Below, piece by piece: positions 1 through 12,189 of a stretch of 64,000 nucleotides of DNA (its first letter is position 1; each line of letters starts with the position of its first letter). The stretch comes from Lama glama (taxonomy: Eukaryota), in the NCBI GenBank assembly GCA_028534125.1, contig CM052817.1, positions 17,424,001 to 17,488,000 of the forward strand, in the 5' to 3' direction. A program made the position numbers and the translations under genes. The notes under the pieces are model-generated. The model saw only the letters and a program-made list of their open reading frames with translations. It did not search any database and had not been told where the DNA came from.

Positions 1-354
1 GGTCGCTGGCCTGGGTGGATGTTCTAGAACGTGAACCATAAACCTCCATCACTTATCTTGGCAGATAGAAAATTGGGATTTGGGAGGAAAGTTTTGCATC
101 AGGCGTTCAGATCCAATAAATGCTCCTGCTTCTTGCTGACTCCTAAATGCTCTATCTAGCAGGCTGCAAATGATGCCCTGGACCACATATTGACTGGAGC
201 CACCTGGAGCACGATTCCATGCCATCACTCACTTTCTGTATTGCATTCTTTCTTCTTCCCTTTTGTTCTTCTGCTCAGTGACACTTCAGGAAAGCCAACT
301 CAGATTAATTCGAACACACTTCCTTGGTGCCAAGATTGTAAGGTGGCAATAGAA

Positions 355-570
355 CAGAGAATGAGAACACGGACTCTTCAGTGGGTTCAAATTCTGACTC
401 TGCCACTTACCAATTTTGTGGCTTGAGGCAAGACCGAATCTTTCCTTGCCTCACTTTCCCCGCTTGTAAAATGTCATAATGCCTGTCGTGTCTGGGTAGA
501 GATTAGATGAAATTTTATGTTTGAGCAGATGAGATCAAGCACATAGCAGGCACTTAATTAATGTTTGTTG
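355..570 (+). mobile_element. MIR SINE
   Basis: GGGTTCAAATTCTGACTCTGCCACTTAC...CCTCACTTTCCCCGCTTGTAAAATG...GCACATAGCAGGCACTTAAT. Confidence 0.7.
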
Positions 571-734
571 TTATTGTTGTGGTTATTACACTGAAAGAAT
601 TGGGTTAAATAATATGTGATCTCTCATCAGGGCCTTAAAATCTAGTATGTAAGATAAAAGACACAAACTATTTTCATATAGGCAAAAGGAGATAAACATT
701 CTAATCAGTATGTGGGAAAAGAGAGTTGTGCTGG

Positions 735-1185
735 ATTAAAGATAACTGCAGAGCTGGGGTCTAGCCCCCGTCCAATGCCCCAACTCCCACCTTGAAACTA
801 GTCCAGCCATGATCTTTGACCAATAGAATGTAGCTGAAATGACTCCTGGTGCCTCCCAAGTCTAAGCCATCAGGAGACCTGTGACTCAACTCCTGATTTC
901 CCTGGGATGCTCTCTCTTGGAATGGAGCCTCCATGCTGGGAGATGCCGCCTATAAGTGCTCCCCTTGGCCCAGCTGAGCACCAGCTCTCAGATATAGGTG
1001 TGAGCTGTCTTAGATGGTACAGTCCAGCCAAGCCTCCAAACGACTTTAGCTGTACCAGCGCCCAGCTACCCCTTGTGATGCAGAAGAACGCCTAGTAAAC
1101 CCACAGCATTTCCAGAGATAGTAAATTATTGTTTTAATTTTTAAGCACATTTTGGGTAGTTAGTTATGCAGCCAAAAATAATCCA
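735..1185 (+). mobile_element. MLT1 (G/H-like) MaLR solo LTR
   Basis: CTTTGACCAATAGAATGTAGCTGAAATGAC...; 3' end TTGTTTTAA...TTTTGGGTAGTTAGTTATGCAGC. Confidence 0.7.
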
Positions 1186-2234
1186 AATGGGAGTTTAGGA
1201 GAGAAGAGTGCATTTCAAGTCAAGCGATCTAGAAGATTTCCTAGAAGAAGTGGGATTTGAGAACATCCTTGGAGAGAAGGACTATACAAGAGGTTTTGGG
1301 GAGAAAGTCGTTCCAGAAAGAGGGAAGACTTAGAGCAAAGACCCAGAGGCGGGCAGAGGCAGGCTGCATTTAGCACCTGGCAAATGGATCCGGCTGCTGG
1401 AGGGAGGCGCTGGGCGAGAGAGGGAGAACGAGGAGCCGAGAGGGTTGTTCAGGGTCACGTCATGGCAGCTCTGGGGATGAGCTCACTTTGATCCCAGGAA
1501 GGAAAACTCGTTCCTGCTCTTCTGAGTACAGGGGCTTTGTGGGAAACATCAGGGCTCTGTGGGTAAGGGAGACAGGCATCTGAGTAAAGAATGAAAACCA
1601 CAGAGCAGCTGGACTTCCCCCAAAGACACTGGCTTTGGAGGTTTGCTCAGGACCCCCCCCCCACCCACCCAGTGGCTCTGCATCACACGCACAGTAACAT
1701 CCAATGGCCTCTGTGATCCGTAAGGCAGAGGGCATGGTGTCCTTGTCCAGATCATCTCCATATCCCCTCCACTTACTCCTCTCCAGTTACATCAACCTCC
1801 TTGCTGTTCTTTGAAGAGTGAGCGCATGGTGGGCTCGGCACTTTTGCACTCACAGGTCCCTCCACGTGGCTGGTTCATCCTCCCAGGAGTCACATGGCTC
1901 CCCCTTCTCTTCATTCAGTTCTCTGCCACCTTCTCAGAGAGCCTTCCTTGATTCCCAATTTAAAATAGCAGACCCCACTCCCTACCCCCAGTCCCCTTGC
2001 TGGCTCTACTTTTCTCTCCAGCACTTATTACTCCATTTATTTACTGAATGAGTGAGTGAGTGAGTTATGGACTGTCCCTTTAGCTTCCTTTCATCTGGAG
2101 TAACCCCTTCCTCTAGTTTTTTGTCTCCCCCCCGACTTAGAATCCATTCTTTCCTCCTATGGCTTCCAGAGAAATTAAAACACAATGCCAGAGCTTTCTA
2201 AACCTCTTCTATTTTTTGAAGGGGGAGGGAGGAT

Positions 2235-3005
2235 TTTTTTTTAAATAGACTTTATTTTCTAGAGCAGTTTTAGGTTCCCAGAAAGACTGAGCAGAGAGTA
2301 TAAACAGTTCCCGTATATCCTCTGCCCTCACATACCCACTGCGTCCCCCACTCTCAACACCCTCCACCAGAGGGGTACCTGCATTACAAACCATAAACCT
2401 ACAATGACACATCGTGATCATCCAAAGTCCATAGTTTATGTGATGGTTCATTCATGGTGTTGTATACTCTGTGGGTTGGGACAAACGTATAACAACAGAA
2501 ATCCACTATTATGGTGCCACACCAAGTATTTACACTTCCCTTCAGATCCTCTGGGTTCTGTCTATTTATCCCTCTCTGTCCCCTAAACTCTGGCAGACAC
2601 TGATCTTCTTACTATCTCTATAGTTTTGCCTTTTCCAGAAAGTCATGTAGTTGAAATCATATAGTATGTAGATGTAGACTTCAGACTGCTTTTTTTCATT
2701 TAGTAATACACACTTAAGTTTCCTCCATGCCTTTTCATGGCTCGATAGCTCATTCTTTTTAGGGCTGTATAATATCCCACTGTCTGAATGCACCTCAGTT
2801 TATTTATCTGTTCACCTACTGAAGGACATAGTGGTTGCCTCCAAGTTTTAGCAATTTTGATCAAAGCTGCTACAAACAGCCGTGTGTGGGTTTTTGAGTA
2901 GACACAAGTTTTTAACTCCTTTGGCTAAATTCCAAGGAGAGTAATTGCTGGATTGTATGGGAAGGGTATGTTCAATTTTGTAAGAAATTGCCAAACTGTC
3001 CTCAG
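2235..3005 (-). mobile_element. Old L1M (L1MB/L1MC-type) 3' end
   Basis: Characteristic antisense L1M 3' sequence (AAATAGACTTTATTTTCTAGAGCAGTTTTAGGTTC...; TGTTCACCTACTGAAGGACAT...; GGAGAGTAATTGCTGGATTGTATGG). Confidence 0.85.
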
Positions 3006-6000
3006 TTTTTAAATCTATCGAGTATTTACCTCCCCAACTAGAATACAAGCACCACAAGGGCGAGAACATTATCTAATGCTTAGAACAGTGCCTGACATAT
3101 AGCAAGTGCTCCACAAAATGGTAGAAGTCAACAAATGAATAAACGAATCCCAGGAAGCCCTCAAGTTTCAGGCATCTCATTACTTCTCAGCAGCAGGGAT
3201 TTGTGGGTCTTCATTTTCACTCTCCTCCATTTTCTGCTTCCTCCTCTTCCCAGGCAATTCCTCCCCCATCTACTCAGCCCAGCGTTTCTCTCCCAGCTTC
3301 TGCTGACTCATCACCATGGCTGACTCACAGCTCCCCTCGTGTTGCTACCGCCTCTCCCTGTGCATCTGCTCCCTCTGTCAACCTCTCAAGCCTGATTTTC
3401 CAGCTAAAATTCCAGAGGCAAAAAGTCTGATTGGGTAAGCTCATTCCCTGCTTGGCAGAGATATTGGGTCTTATGCCCATGCTGATTCAATCAGCTGCAG
3501 CCATGGGCAAAGAGCATGGCAGACAAGACCTAGAGCATTAGTCTTTCACTCAGTTGAAGCACATGGATGCAACAGTGACCTTTAGTGGCCTGCTGACCAG
3601 AACCTGGGGTCCAGGATGAAGAATCCATACTTTAGAAAGACACCAAAGGCTTCTGAGAAGATCAGTGATTGACCAGATCTGTGGTTTCCGAAGTTACCTT
3701 TGGTTGGCCCATGAGTGAGATAGCTTACTGACTGAGGATGTCAGTAAGAGGATGACAAATTCAAGACAGTTGCGCAGCCGTGGTCAAAACGAGCGGACAA
3801 GTCCTCAAAGCAAGCCAGTGGCCGTGAAAGTGAGGAGGAGGGAGCAGGAGCAAGTTGGGGTGGAGCCTGAAGGTGGCCATCAGGCACAGGAGGCTGGGGT
3901 TTAGCAGAAAGGCTGGGTCCAGACACCGGAAGTCATAAAGACATTAGTTAAAATTGTGGGCTGGACATTTGGGGGGAATCTCTCAGATATAAAGAACATG
4001 TCAAAGAAGAAAAACTTAAACAAGTGATTTAAATGGGAAATATTTACGCAGATGGGTAGAGACTCAGAGACTCACAGTGCCCAAGAAAAATAGGGAAGCA
4101 TTTCCCTGGCTCACTCTCACATTCTCAAAAGCACAGGGTCCAGAGGGTCCTGCATTACATCCCATGCTGCTCCAAACGCCAAGTTTCTAGTCTGCCTAAT
4201 TTCCCGTAGAAGGTAATGATCCTTCTTGGGAATCCACAATAGTCTAAAAATACATCAGCTGCAGTGCCACAATTAGTAGAGCTGCTGTCCCAGGAAACCC
4301 TCATCACATTTTGCTTAGATCAGAGAGCGGATTAACTTTGATGTCTGTCTGAACCTTGTGTGAGACACCACTGGTGGTCCCCTTCCTGCAAGCAGTCAAT
4401 CTTCACATCCAAGGGAAGAAGGGGGAAGTGCCGGATAGGAGCCCAAACCAATTTTTTTTCTCGGTGATTGAGATGAAAATATGCACCCTAGGACTCCTGA
4501 CATATTTGATTTGCATCCTGTCTCCCTACGTCCCTTGAGCTGTCTCTCCCTCTGCACGAATACCTTCCAGACCCAAACCTCCTGCTGCATTCGCAAACAT
4601 TAGTACAGCTATGAAGCCCCAAGCCCTTCAGCCATGCCATGTGTTGGAGGTAATTATGGAAATTTCCTTATCTATTAGGGCGCCTAGTGGCACGTAACCG
4701 AAACGTATTCTGACTAACTGAAGTCCAAAGGGAGTTTACCGGAATCATACAGGGTGGCTTATAGAATACAATGAACAGCTGAGAACCAGACTGCAAGGGG
4801 GGACGAGGGAAGCTCCGGGATCACAGGCAAGCAGGAGCTAGGCAATCATCGTACCAGGACATTTGCAATGGAAGAAATCCACTGCAACTGTGCTGCCTGT
4901 CCTTGTGTCGCTGTCCTCATGATTCTTATTCCTGGGAGAAAAAGAACAATTGGGCCCAGTTGGAATTGAACCCATATTCAGACATGGTGAGCTCACTGAC
5001 TTTGTGAGGCAGTTTAGACTGGTGGTAAGAGCAGGTCTTTGGAGCCAGTCTGGATCTGAATCCAGGCTCTGCCACTTACTAGCCATGTGACCTTGAGCTA
5101 ATCATTTTGCTATGCCTCAGCTTCTCTCTTTGAAAGTGGGGATGCCTACCCATGGGGACTGCTGAGTACTCACCAGGTAAACCTGTGATAGTGGCCTGCA
5201 CAGCGGAAGTGTCCTACAGCCTTGATATCAGCACTGCTAGGAATGCCCAGGGCCCCAACCAAGAAAGCCAAGACGAGAGGTCATTCTCTGAAAGGAATCA
5301 GGAGCTATTATTAGGGAAGGCCGAGTGTCCAAAATGACTATCCACAGTCAACATCTTATCCTTCCACCAGACCGTAGTTACCTTGAGGACAACAGACCCT
5401 CCTGTTAATTCACTGCCGCATCCAAGAGGGCCGAAAAAGTGCTGGGCTCAGTGAACCTTTGTCAAACATGCAAATGTTGACCACTTCCCTTCTGTGTTCC
5501 TAATCACTTAGCACAGTGCTTTGTATTTGTTGATTGAATCTATAGGTCGGTGGGATAGTCAAGAAAGGGGGAGAACACTGGGGTCAAAAAGATGAACTTG
5601 TACTTGGTAGGACTCAGTTGCAGGCAAGTGACAGGTAACTAGTTTGAGTAGGATGATGCTAATAAGCTATAGATGGGCTATGCCGTTGGTATAGATTGTT
5701 GTGTTTGTATAGATCATAGGCTGGCTGCTGGCCAGACTAAAACCTCTAGATCAGCATGAGGGGCAGAGAAACCACATTACTTTCCACATCACCCTGGAGA
5801 GGGGGTGGCTCATCTGTCCCACATTGGTGGGGTCCTTGCCTTGGATGCACTGTTGGTACCTCATGAGGACATCCCGGCATTCTCTATACTGGCTTTCGGA
5901 GCCTCTGAGGATAGGGCTCAGCCAGCCACCTGCCAAGCTTGATCATGGAACCAGTAAGATGTCACGGAGGAGCATACCAGATTAGGAATCATGAGAGTTC

Positions 6001-6129
6001 AGCCCTGGTCCTGGCTCAGCCAATGGTGTGTGGTCTCTGGCTCTCAGTGACCTGATCTAAAAAATAGGGTAATTTCTGACTTGGAGCTCATGGAGGTGTT
6101 GAGCAAATGCAGTCACACCCATGGTGATT

Positions 6130-6660
6130 TCATCTGGAACTCCTTCTGTTTTAACAGACAGAACCCAACTCAAAGTGGCTTCAGTGAAGAGGGGACTTTA
6201 TTGGTTCGTGTTACTGAGAAATTCAGGCACAACTGGCTTCAGGGCTCAAACATATGTCAGTATCTGATTTCTCCCCATCTCTCAGCTCTCCCTCTGCTCT
6301 GCTGTCCTCATTCTCCATCTCTAAATGGTGGTCCCCTGCAGTTCCAGAGTCTCATCCCTTCAGGTTCAAATCCAGCTTTCCAGCAGCTGGGATAGATTAT
6401 GGTTGGCTGAGCATGGGTCATTTGGCCAGAAGGATGCAGCCCCATTGGACAATCAGGCCTGGGTCCAGTGCCAATCAATCTCTGTGATGAGAGAGGGAGC
6501 TTGGTCAGGTTTGATTATATGCTTAACCCCCAGAGCTGGGAAAGAGTCAGGAGTAGGGCAGGGGGTGAAGCCCCCGTTTACCTCACAGATTAAGAATGGT
6601 AGAGGAGAGGAGTGAAAGATATCTGGAATACTATTAATAGAAAGAGAAAGGGCTGCTGGG
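6130..6660 (-). mobile_element. Old MLT1 (K-like) LTR
   Basis: ACAGAACCCAACTCAAAGTGGCTTCAG...TTATTGGTTCGTGTTACTGAGAA...CAGGGCTCAAACA. Confidence 0.5.
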
Positions 6661-7944
6661 TGGCTAAAATGACAAATGCACAGAACGCTTGAGATTTTCA
6701 GATCAGGTGATATAAAGCACACATCGCAGCTTCCCTCTTTGCTTCTGTCCTCACCCTAACAAGCTCCTGCAGTGCCCGCGGAGCAGCTGTCTCACCCTAC
6801 AGTCATCTGTCTTCCTCCTCTGAACTTCTGTAGCCCGCAGGACTGTATCACTCATCAGCAACAGGCTGCGTCCGGTCATTAGTTATCATTTTATGTATAT
6901 GTCCTGTCTCTTTGGCCACATGGCAGGATCCTGGAGAGCAAGGGTCACGTCTTATTCATCTTTGTGTCCCCCATATCACTTTGCCTGGCGTTTGGGGTAC
7001 AGCAGACAGTCTATAAATCGGCTGACAGTACAAACACCTGATTTATAAGCTCCTGGAACCACGAAGGTAAATAGTAGCCTGACTCAACTGCAAAACTACA
7101 GAGAAAGAGGAAATCTGTGTCCTCTGCACCATTTTCTGGACTAAATAATGATGTTGGGGGGTGTCAAGATTTTCTGGGGTCTTCTTTGTTCCCCAGCTCC
7201 CGGCTGCTGGTATCATTCTTATTTACAAAGGATTTAGTGAAAGCCTAGGGAATCTTAGTCTCAGCTGCCCAGTACCCCTGGGCCGGGGAAGGGGCAGACC
7301 TTATGCTGCAGCGGCCCACCTGGAAGCACGGAGGATGGAGATCCTAGGAAGAGGAAGAAGGTGTCTGTCCTCAGTGGTTTCCACCCCAGGCAATAAGGCA
7401 GAGCCCCAGGGTCCCATCAACGGGACTGGGCTCCCTGCCCTGCACTGATCTCTATCTACTCCCCGTTGTCCTTCACATCCCTGACACTCAGCAAAGGGAA
7501 GAGGGAGAGAGGAGGGAATGGAAAATCGGAGTCAGAAAAGATCTACTTGTAGCTTGGATGTTGAAACAACATTCCTCCCAGGCTAGTCTCGATTCAGGAG
7601 CCCCTCTGGCTCCGATTTCAGAATCCCCTGCAGGCCATCCTGGGCCTGGAGATTTGCACCTTTGTCTCTAACACCCTCAAGCCGCCCTTTGGGCCCAAAT
7701 CTGAGCAGCCAAGCCAGGATTCCCTCACTTGTAAATGATACGAGGATTAAATCAGCCAGCCATAGAGAGCCTCCACCTACCGTGTAATCACTAAAATCAA
7801 ATCAAAGGGGGAAGAACGAAAAAGCGTGGTTGGTAAAGAAGGCAGTCCTAAACGAGGTCTGAAGAGTGGTAGGTGGAGCGGCTAAGAGGAGAACCAGGTT
7901 GAGGGGGCAGAACAGGGAACAGAGAGCAGTAAAAGTCCACGTTC

Positions 7945-8500
7945 AAATCGCAGCCGGCGCTCGCCCGGTGTAGCGCGCAGAGAGCGCCGGGGAGGCAGTG
8001 CCCCGGGGCCCAGGCCCCGCCCCCGCCCCCGCCCCGCCCTAGCTCCACCCAGCCCCTAGGCCCCGCCTCTGGTCCCACCCCTGCCCCAACCTCGCTCCGC
8101 CCCATCCCCGTCCCGCCTCCTAGCCCCGCCTCCAAGGCCCGGAAGCGAAAGCCGGTACTCTTCCTCCGAGCGGGGTCACGACCCAGCCGGCGTGAGTCTG
8201 GATTCCGAGAGTGCGGGGTGCTCAGCGGGTCAGAGCAGCCCCTGGCTGTAGCCATGTCCCCGAACCTACGCACCGCTTTCATTTTCGGCGGCTTCATCTC
8301 CCTGATCGGCGCCGCCTTCTACCCCATCTACTTCCGGCCTCTAATGCGGCTAGAAGAGTACCGTGAGTGACCTCTGACTCCGCGTGGTGGCCTGGCTCTA
8401 GTAACTCCCCCACTTCCCTTCGTCCTTTCCACGTGGGGCTATGGAGAGAGGTGGCTGGCGAGTCAGGGAGACTCGGGGTCGAACCCCACTATGTGCCCCT
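7945..8500 (+). promoter_or_regulatory. CpG-island promoter of SMIM20 with GC boxes (Sp/KLF/EGR type) and an ETS/GABP-type site
   Basis: Sharp rise in GC and CpG density around exon 1. Repeated CCCCGCCC at 8015-8039, further GC boxes to about 8131, CCGGAAG at 8139-8145. No obvious TATA box. Confidence 0.9.
8254..8362 (+). CDS. SMIM20: SMIM20 coding exon 1 (109 nt): [36 protein letters not shown] plus 1 nt; contains the transmembrane helix
   Basis: GCC-ATG start at 8254 in a CpG island. The translation matches the SMIM20/MITRAC7 N-terminus (human [36 protein letters not shown], from memory). Canonical donor C|GTGAGT at 8363, phase 1. Confidence 0.98.
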
Positions 8501-8689
8501 TTATGTGACCTTGGACAACCTCTCGGACCCCCAACATCCTCATCAGTAGTTATCTGTTTCTACAGTACCTTAATATAAAACCATCTATTCTCCGGTGAGA
8601 CTCAAAAGTTGCACAGAGTAGGTCAACACTAAATACTAGTTTATACTCAGTGACATTCACTGAAGGCTTATGTGTCTCGTAAGGCAAAC

Positions 8690-8845
8690 ACTGGATCGTT
8701 TAATTTACACAAGCTTACTTTGAGGTAGGTATTATCTGTTTTATAGGTGGGGAAACTGAGGCTCAGAGAGGTTGTATAACGCCCAAGGTCACACAGCTGG
8801 TAAATGGGGCAAGACAAATATTCCAAGTCCAGCCCCTGTCTCCAG
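8690..8845 (-). mobile_element. MIR SINE
   Basis: TTTTATAGGTGGGGAAACTGAGGCTCAGAGAGGTT...GCCCAAGGTCACACAGCT. Confidence 0.8.
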
Positions 8846-9662
8846 ACATAATTTCACACACTTAAGATGGGAATGGTGATGTGGGAATGGGCCTTAATTA
8901 ATCTTGAATTTGAAGGTGTTTTTATTGCACTTCATTTCCACTCCCAAAGATGTCTTTGAGTGGAAATGTTTCAAACCTAAACCGTTAACCTGGGTTTTGA
9001 GTTTTTCCGCTCCTTTCTCCTCAAATTTTTTTTTCAGATTCTGCTGTCTTCCTTTATTTTTAAGCTGGTTGCTCACATGACAATGGTGAATATCCTGGGA
9101 GTAATTTTCTTCCTTAATCATTCAAGTCTTATCATTCGAAAAGCCAAACTCTCCTTCCTTGAGACCTATACTTCAGCAAGGATTAGCGCTTTGATACATC
9201 TGAAACCATCTGTCAGAGAGAAAATATAAGGCATTAGAGGCTCATTTTGTTCTCCAGGAAACCTGAATCATCTTGAAGATGGAAGGGGGCCAAACCTGCC
9301 CCTTGAGAGTATTAGCGGAGGCTGAAAGCTTGGTGATTTGAAGGCGAAAGCTCCGTGTAAATGTTCTGCCCGTTACAAATGCTACAACATTTGGTTTCTG
9401 AGGCAGAGCATTTTAAGTACACACTAAAATTTCCTTGTAGCCAGGATTGAAATGGACTCTGCATTCTGCCTTCCAGCCTATCTCCATGCACCATGCGTGG
9501 GGGTGAACATGGGACCGTGTGAAGCCCTGCATAATCTATCTACATTACCCCTGGGTACTGGATCCCTGCTCCAGGCTATTTTATTACAGCCTCTAGAGTT
9601 GAACTTGGGACAAGGGAGTCTGCTTGGGATCCCACTAGAATAGTTTTAGTTATGAAGACTAG

Positions 9663-9900
9663 AGCTGGCTCTCAACTGGGGATGATTTTTGTCCCCCTGC
9701 TCCCCAGGGGACATTTGGTTCTATCTGGAGACATTTTTGCTTGTCACAAAATGGGTGGGGTGGGATGGGTGTGCTACTAACATCTAGTGCGTAGAGGCCA
9801 GGGTTGCTGCTAAACTTTCTGCAGTGCAACGGGACAGCCCCCTCATGACAAAGAATTACCCAGCCCAAAATGTGATCAGCCCTGAGCTTGAGAAACCCTG
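9663..9900 (+). mobile_element. MER20 (hAT-Charlie MITE), essentially full length, in SMIM20 intron 1
   Basis: Colinear match to the MER20 consensus as recalled: CCCCAGGGGACATTTGG...TCTGGAGACATTTTTG...TAGAGGCCAGGG...AAAGAATTACCCAGCCCAAAATGT...TTGAGAAACCCTG. Confidence 0.9.
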
Positions 9901-11039
9901 CCCTGGTCAGAATATCAAGGCGTCTGTGCTGTGTCTCCCAACAGCAGTTTTACAGGGCTAGTCCAGAGTCTGTAGTTGAGTGAGTCACCTTGAGACAGAC
10001 AAATTAGGCCTTTTAAGTGAACATTTAGTGCTCGTGGCTACAATAGCTGCATTTTTAACTATAAGACGATCTACACCTGCCCACATTCCTGGTTCAATTT
10101 TAATTTGGACAACTTTTATCTGAGAGTTGTAATTGATTCCTTAAATGGGTAAATGACACAAAACAGCTAATGTTTATTGAAAGCTTATTATATGTCTAAC
10201 ACTCTTCCATGCACTTCATATATATATTAACTCATTTGGTTCTCATAACAACTGTGTATGGTAGTTGCTATGGGATCATCATCCCCATTTTGTATGTGGA
10301 CAGACTAAGGTAGGAATAGTTACCTTGCACAGGGACCCCCAGCCGATGAGTCACAGATCTGGAATTTGAACAGTGCCCTAAATTGCTACACCAGGGAACC
10401 ATGCTGCCTCTCTAAGAGGGTGAGAGTAAGTTAGATGAGGGTCTAAATCCTTTACTAGATGAGGATCTTAAGGTGGATTACTTAACCTCTCTGAGCCTGA
10501 CCTTTTTCCTCATCTGTAACAGTGGAATTAGCAGAACTGAATGTACAGGTTTTGGAGAGAATTAAATGAGATAACAGATATGGAAACACTTTGTGTTATG
10601 TTAGGCATCGCATAAAAACATTTCAAAAATAAGGAGCCACAGGGGCAGGGAAATGAGACAAGGAGATTTAAGCAGGTGGGCAGACCTAAAGCTGTCTGAC
10701 CTGGCAGTAAACTGAGGTCCCATCAGGTGAGGCATTAGTGACTGGGTCATGGGAACCCGCTGTGAGGACAGAGCTTCAGTTCACTTTGACACATTCAGCT
10801 AGCATTTGTTTAGCTTCCTTTTCATTTTTTTAAAACCCCAATTTTAGCAGTTACTATGTATCTGGCACTGTGTTAGATGCCGGATGTATATGACTGGACA
10901 AGATGGTCAGAGCTCTTCTTTCATGTCACTGTCCCCACCCTTGCCCAGTCCTCGAACTCTGAGCTGGTCTCCCTGCTCCACTAGGCCCCCGCGACCACCC
11001 TCTCTACCCAGCAGCCACAGGGGTCTTCCTAGCTGCTTT

Positions 11040-11420
11040 GTTGTTGCTGATCTACCTTCTTTTCATTTGGGGTCAAAGAATTCAGACTATGATTTTGACT
11101 CTTTGATGTTGGTCAAGGTTTGCTTTGTGACTTGGTACAAGTCAATTTTTGCAAATGTTCCTTGTGTGCTGGGAATGATGTATGTCCTCTCGGTTTGGGG
11201 TACAGAGTTCTGTCTGTGACGGTTTCAGAACAAGCTTCTTAATTCTGTTACTTAGATATCTTGAGGCCATATTATTCAGTGCACACAATCTAGAATATTC
11301 TGGAGAATTTTTTCGATTATCATTATGTAAGAGTCCTCTTTACCCCTAATGCTCCTCCCCAACTCTGTTTTATCTGATACTATCATTGTTACCAGTTTTC
11401 TGTTGGTTAGTGTTTTCCTG

Positions 11421-11473
<53 letters not shown>

Positions 11474-12170
11474 TACACTCTTACATTTAGCCTTTATTTG
11501 TCCTTGAGTCTTACAACCACCCTAAACTGGGATTTTTAAAATATCCAATCTGATCATCTTTTTTAACTGTTAGATTGGAATCATTTTCACTTATGTTTAC
11601 TGATATATTTACATTTATTTTCCTTGTCTTGTGTTTTCTATTTATTCTTCTGTTTCTCTACTCCCTTCTTTTCTCCTTTTCTGCCTGCAAGCCTTCTTTG
11701 TTTAATTTCTCCCACTCTACTAGTTTGAAAGTTTTACATTGTATTTTTCTTTCATGTGATTACAGTTTAAAGTTAGTCAATACCTTCACCTCCTGTGAAA
11801 TATACAAAGACCTGAGGATGCGGCAGCCCCATCCCATGTGCCCCGCTCACCCTGCCTGGTGTTTGTTGCTCCCCAAATCACTTAGTACCACCAGCACTTT
11901 ACACAGCCACTGATTGTCTCTCTTTACCCTCATTCTTTACTCACTGATCCTTCTTTTATCTCACTCCTTTCTAGTTTCAGTTTCTCCATTCTGAAATACA
12001 TCTGTTTATATTTCTTTGATGAGAAATTGTAACTGGGAAAATCCACTCTCGTGTGTCAGTGTAGAACTCCAGGTCTTCTGCTGTGGCTGTTGAGAAGTCG
12101 ACCGTCGTGCTATTTGTTCTTTGAATTTGATCATCTCACTTGCTTGTTTAAAATACTTCAGTAACCCTCT
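11040..12170 (-). mobile_element. Degraded ancient L1 fragments
   Basis: T-rich antisense L1-like sequence (GTCAATTTTTGCAAATGTTCCTTGTGTGCTGGGAATGATGTATGT). Confidence 0.55.
11421..11472. repeat. Compound microsatellite (GT)7(AT)11(AC)8
   Basis: Read directly from the sequence. Confidence 0.95.
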
Positions 12171-12189
12171 GCTGTCCTCAGAGTCCAGC

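Noticed and set aside
7848..8297. 149-aa minus-strand ORF overlapping SMIM20 exon 1 and promoter
   Set aside because: Gly/Arg/Pro-rich product is simply the antisense reading of the GC boxes and exon 1. CpG islands are stop-poor and there is no recognisable domain.
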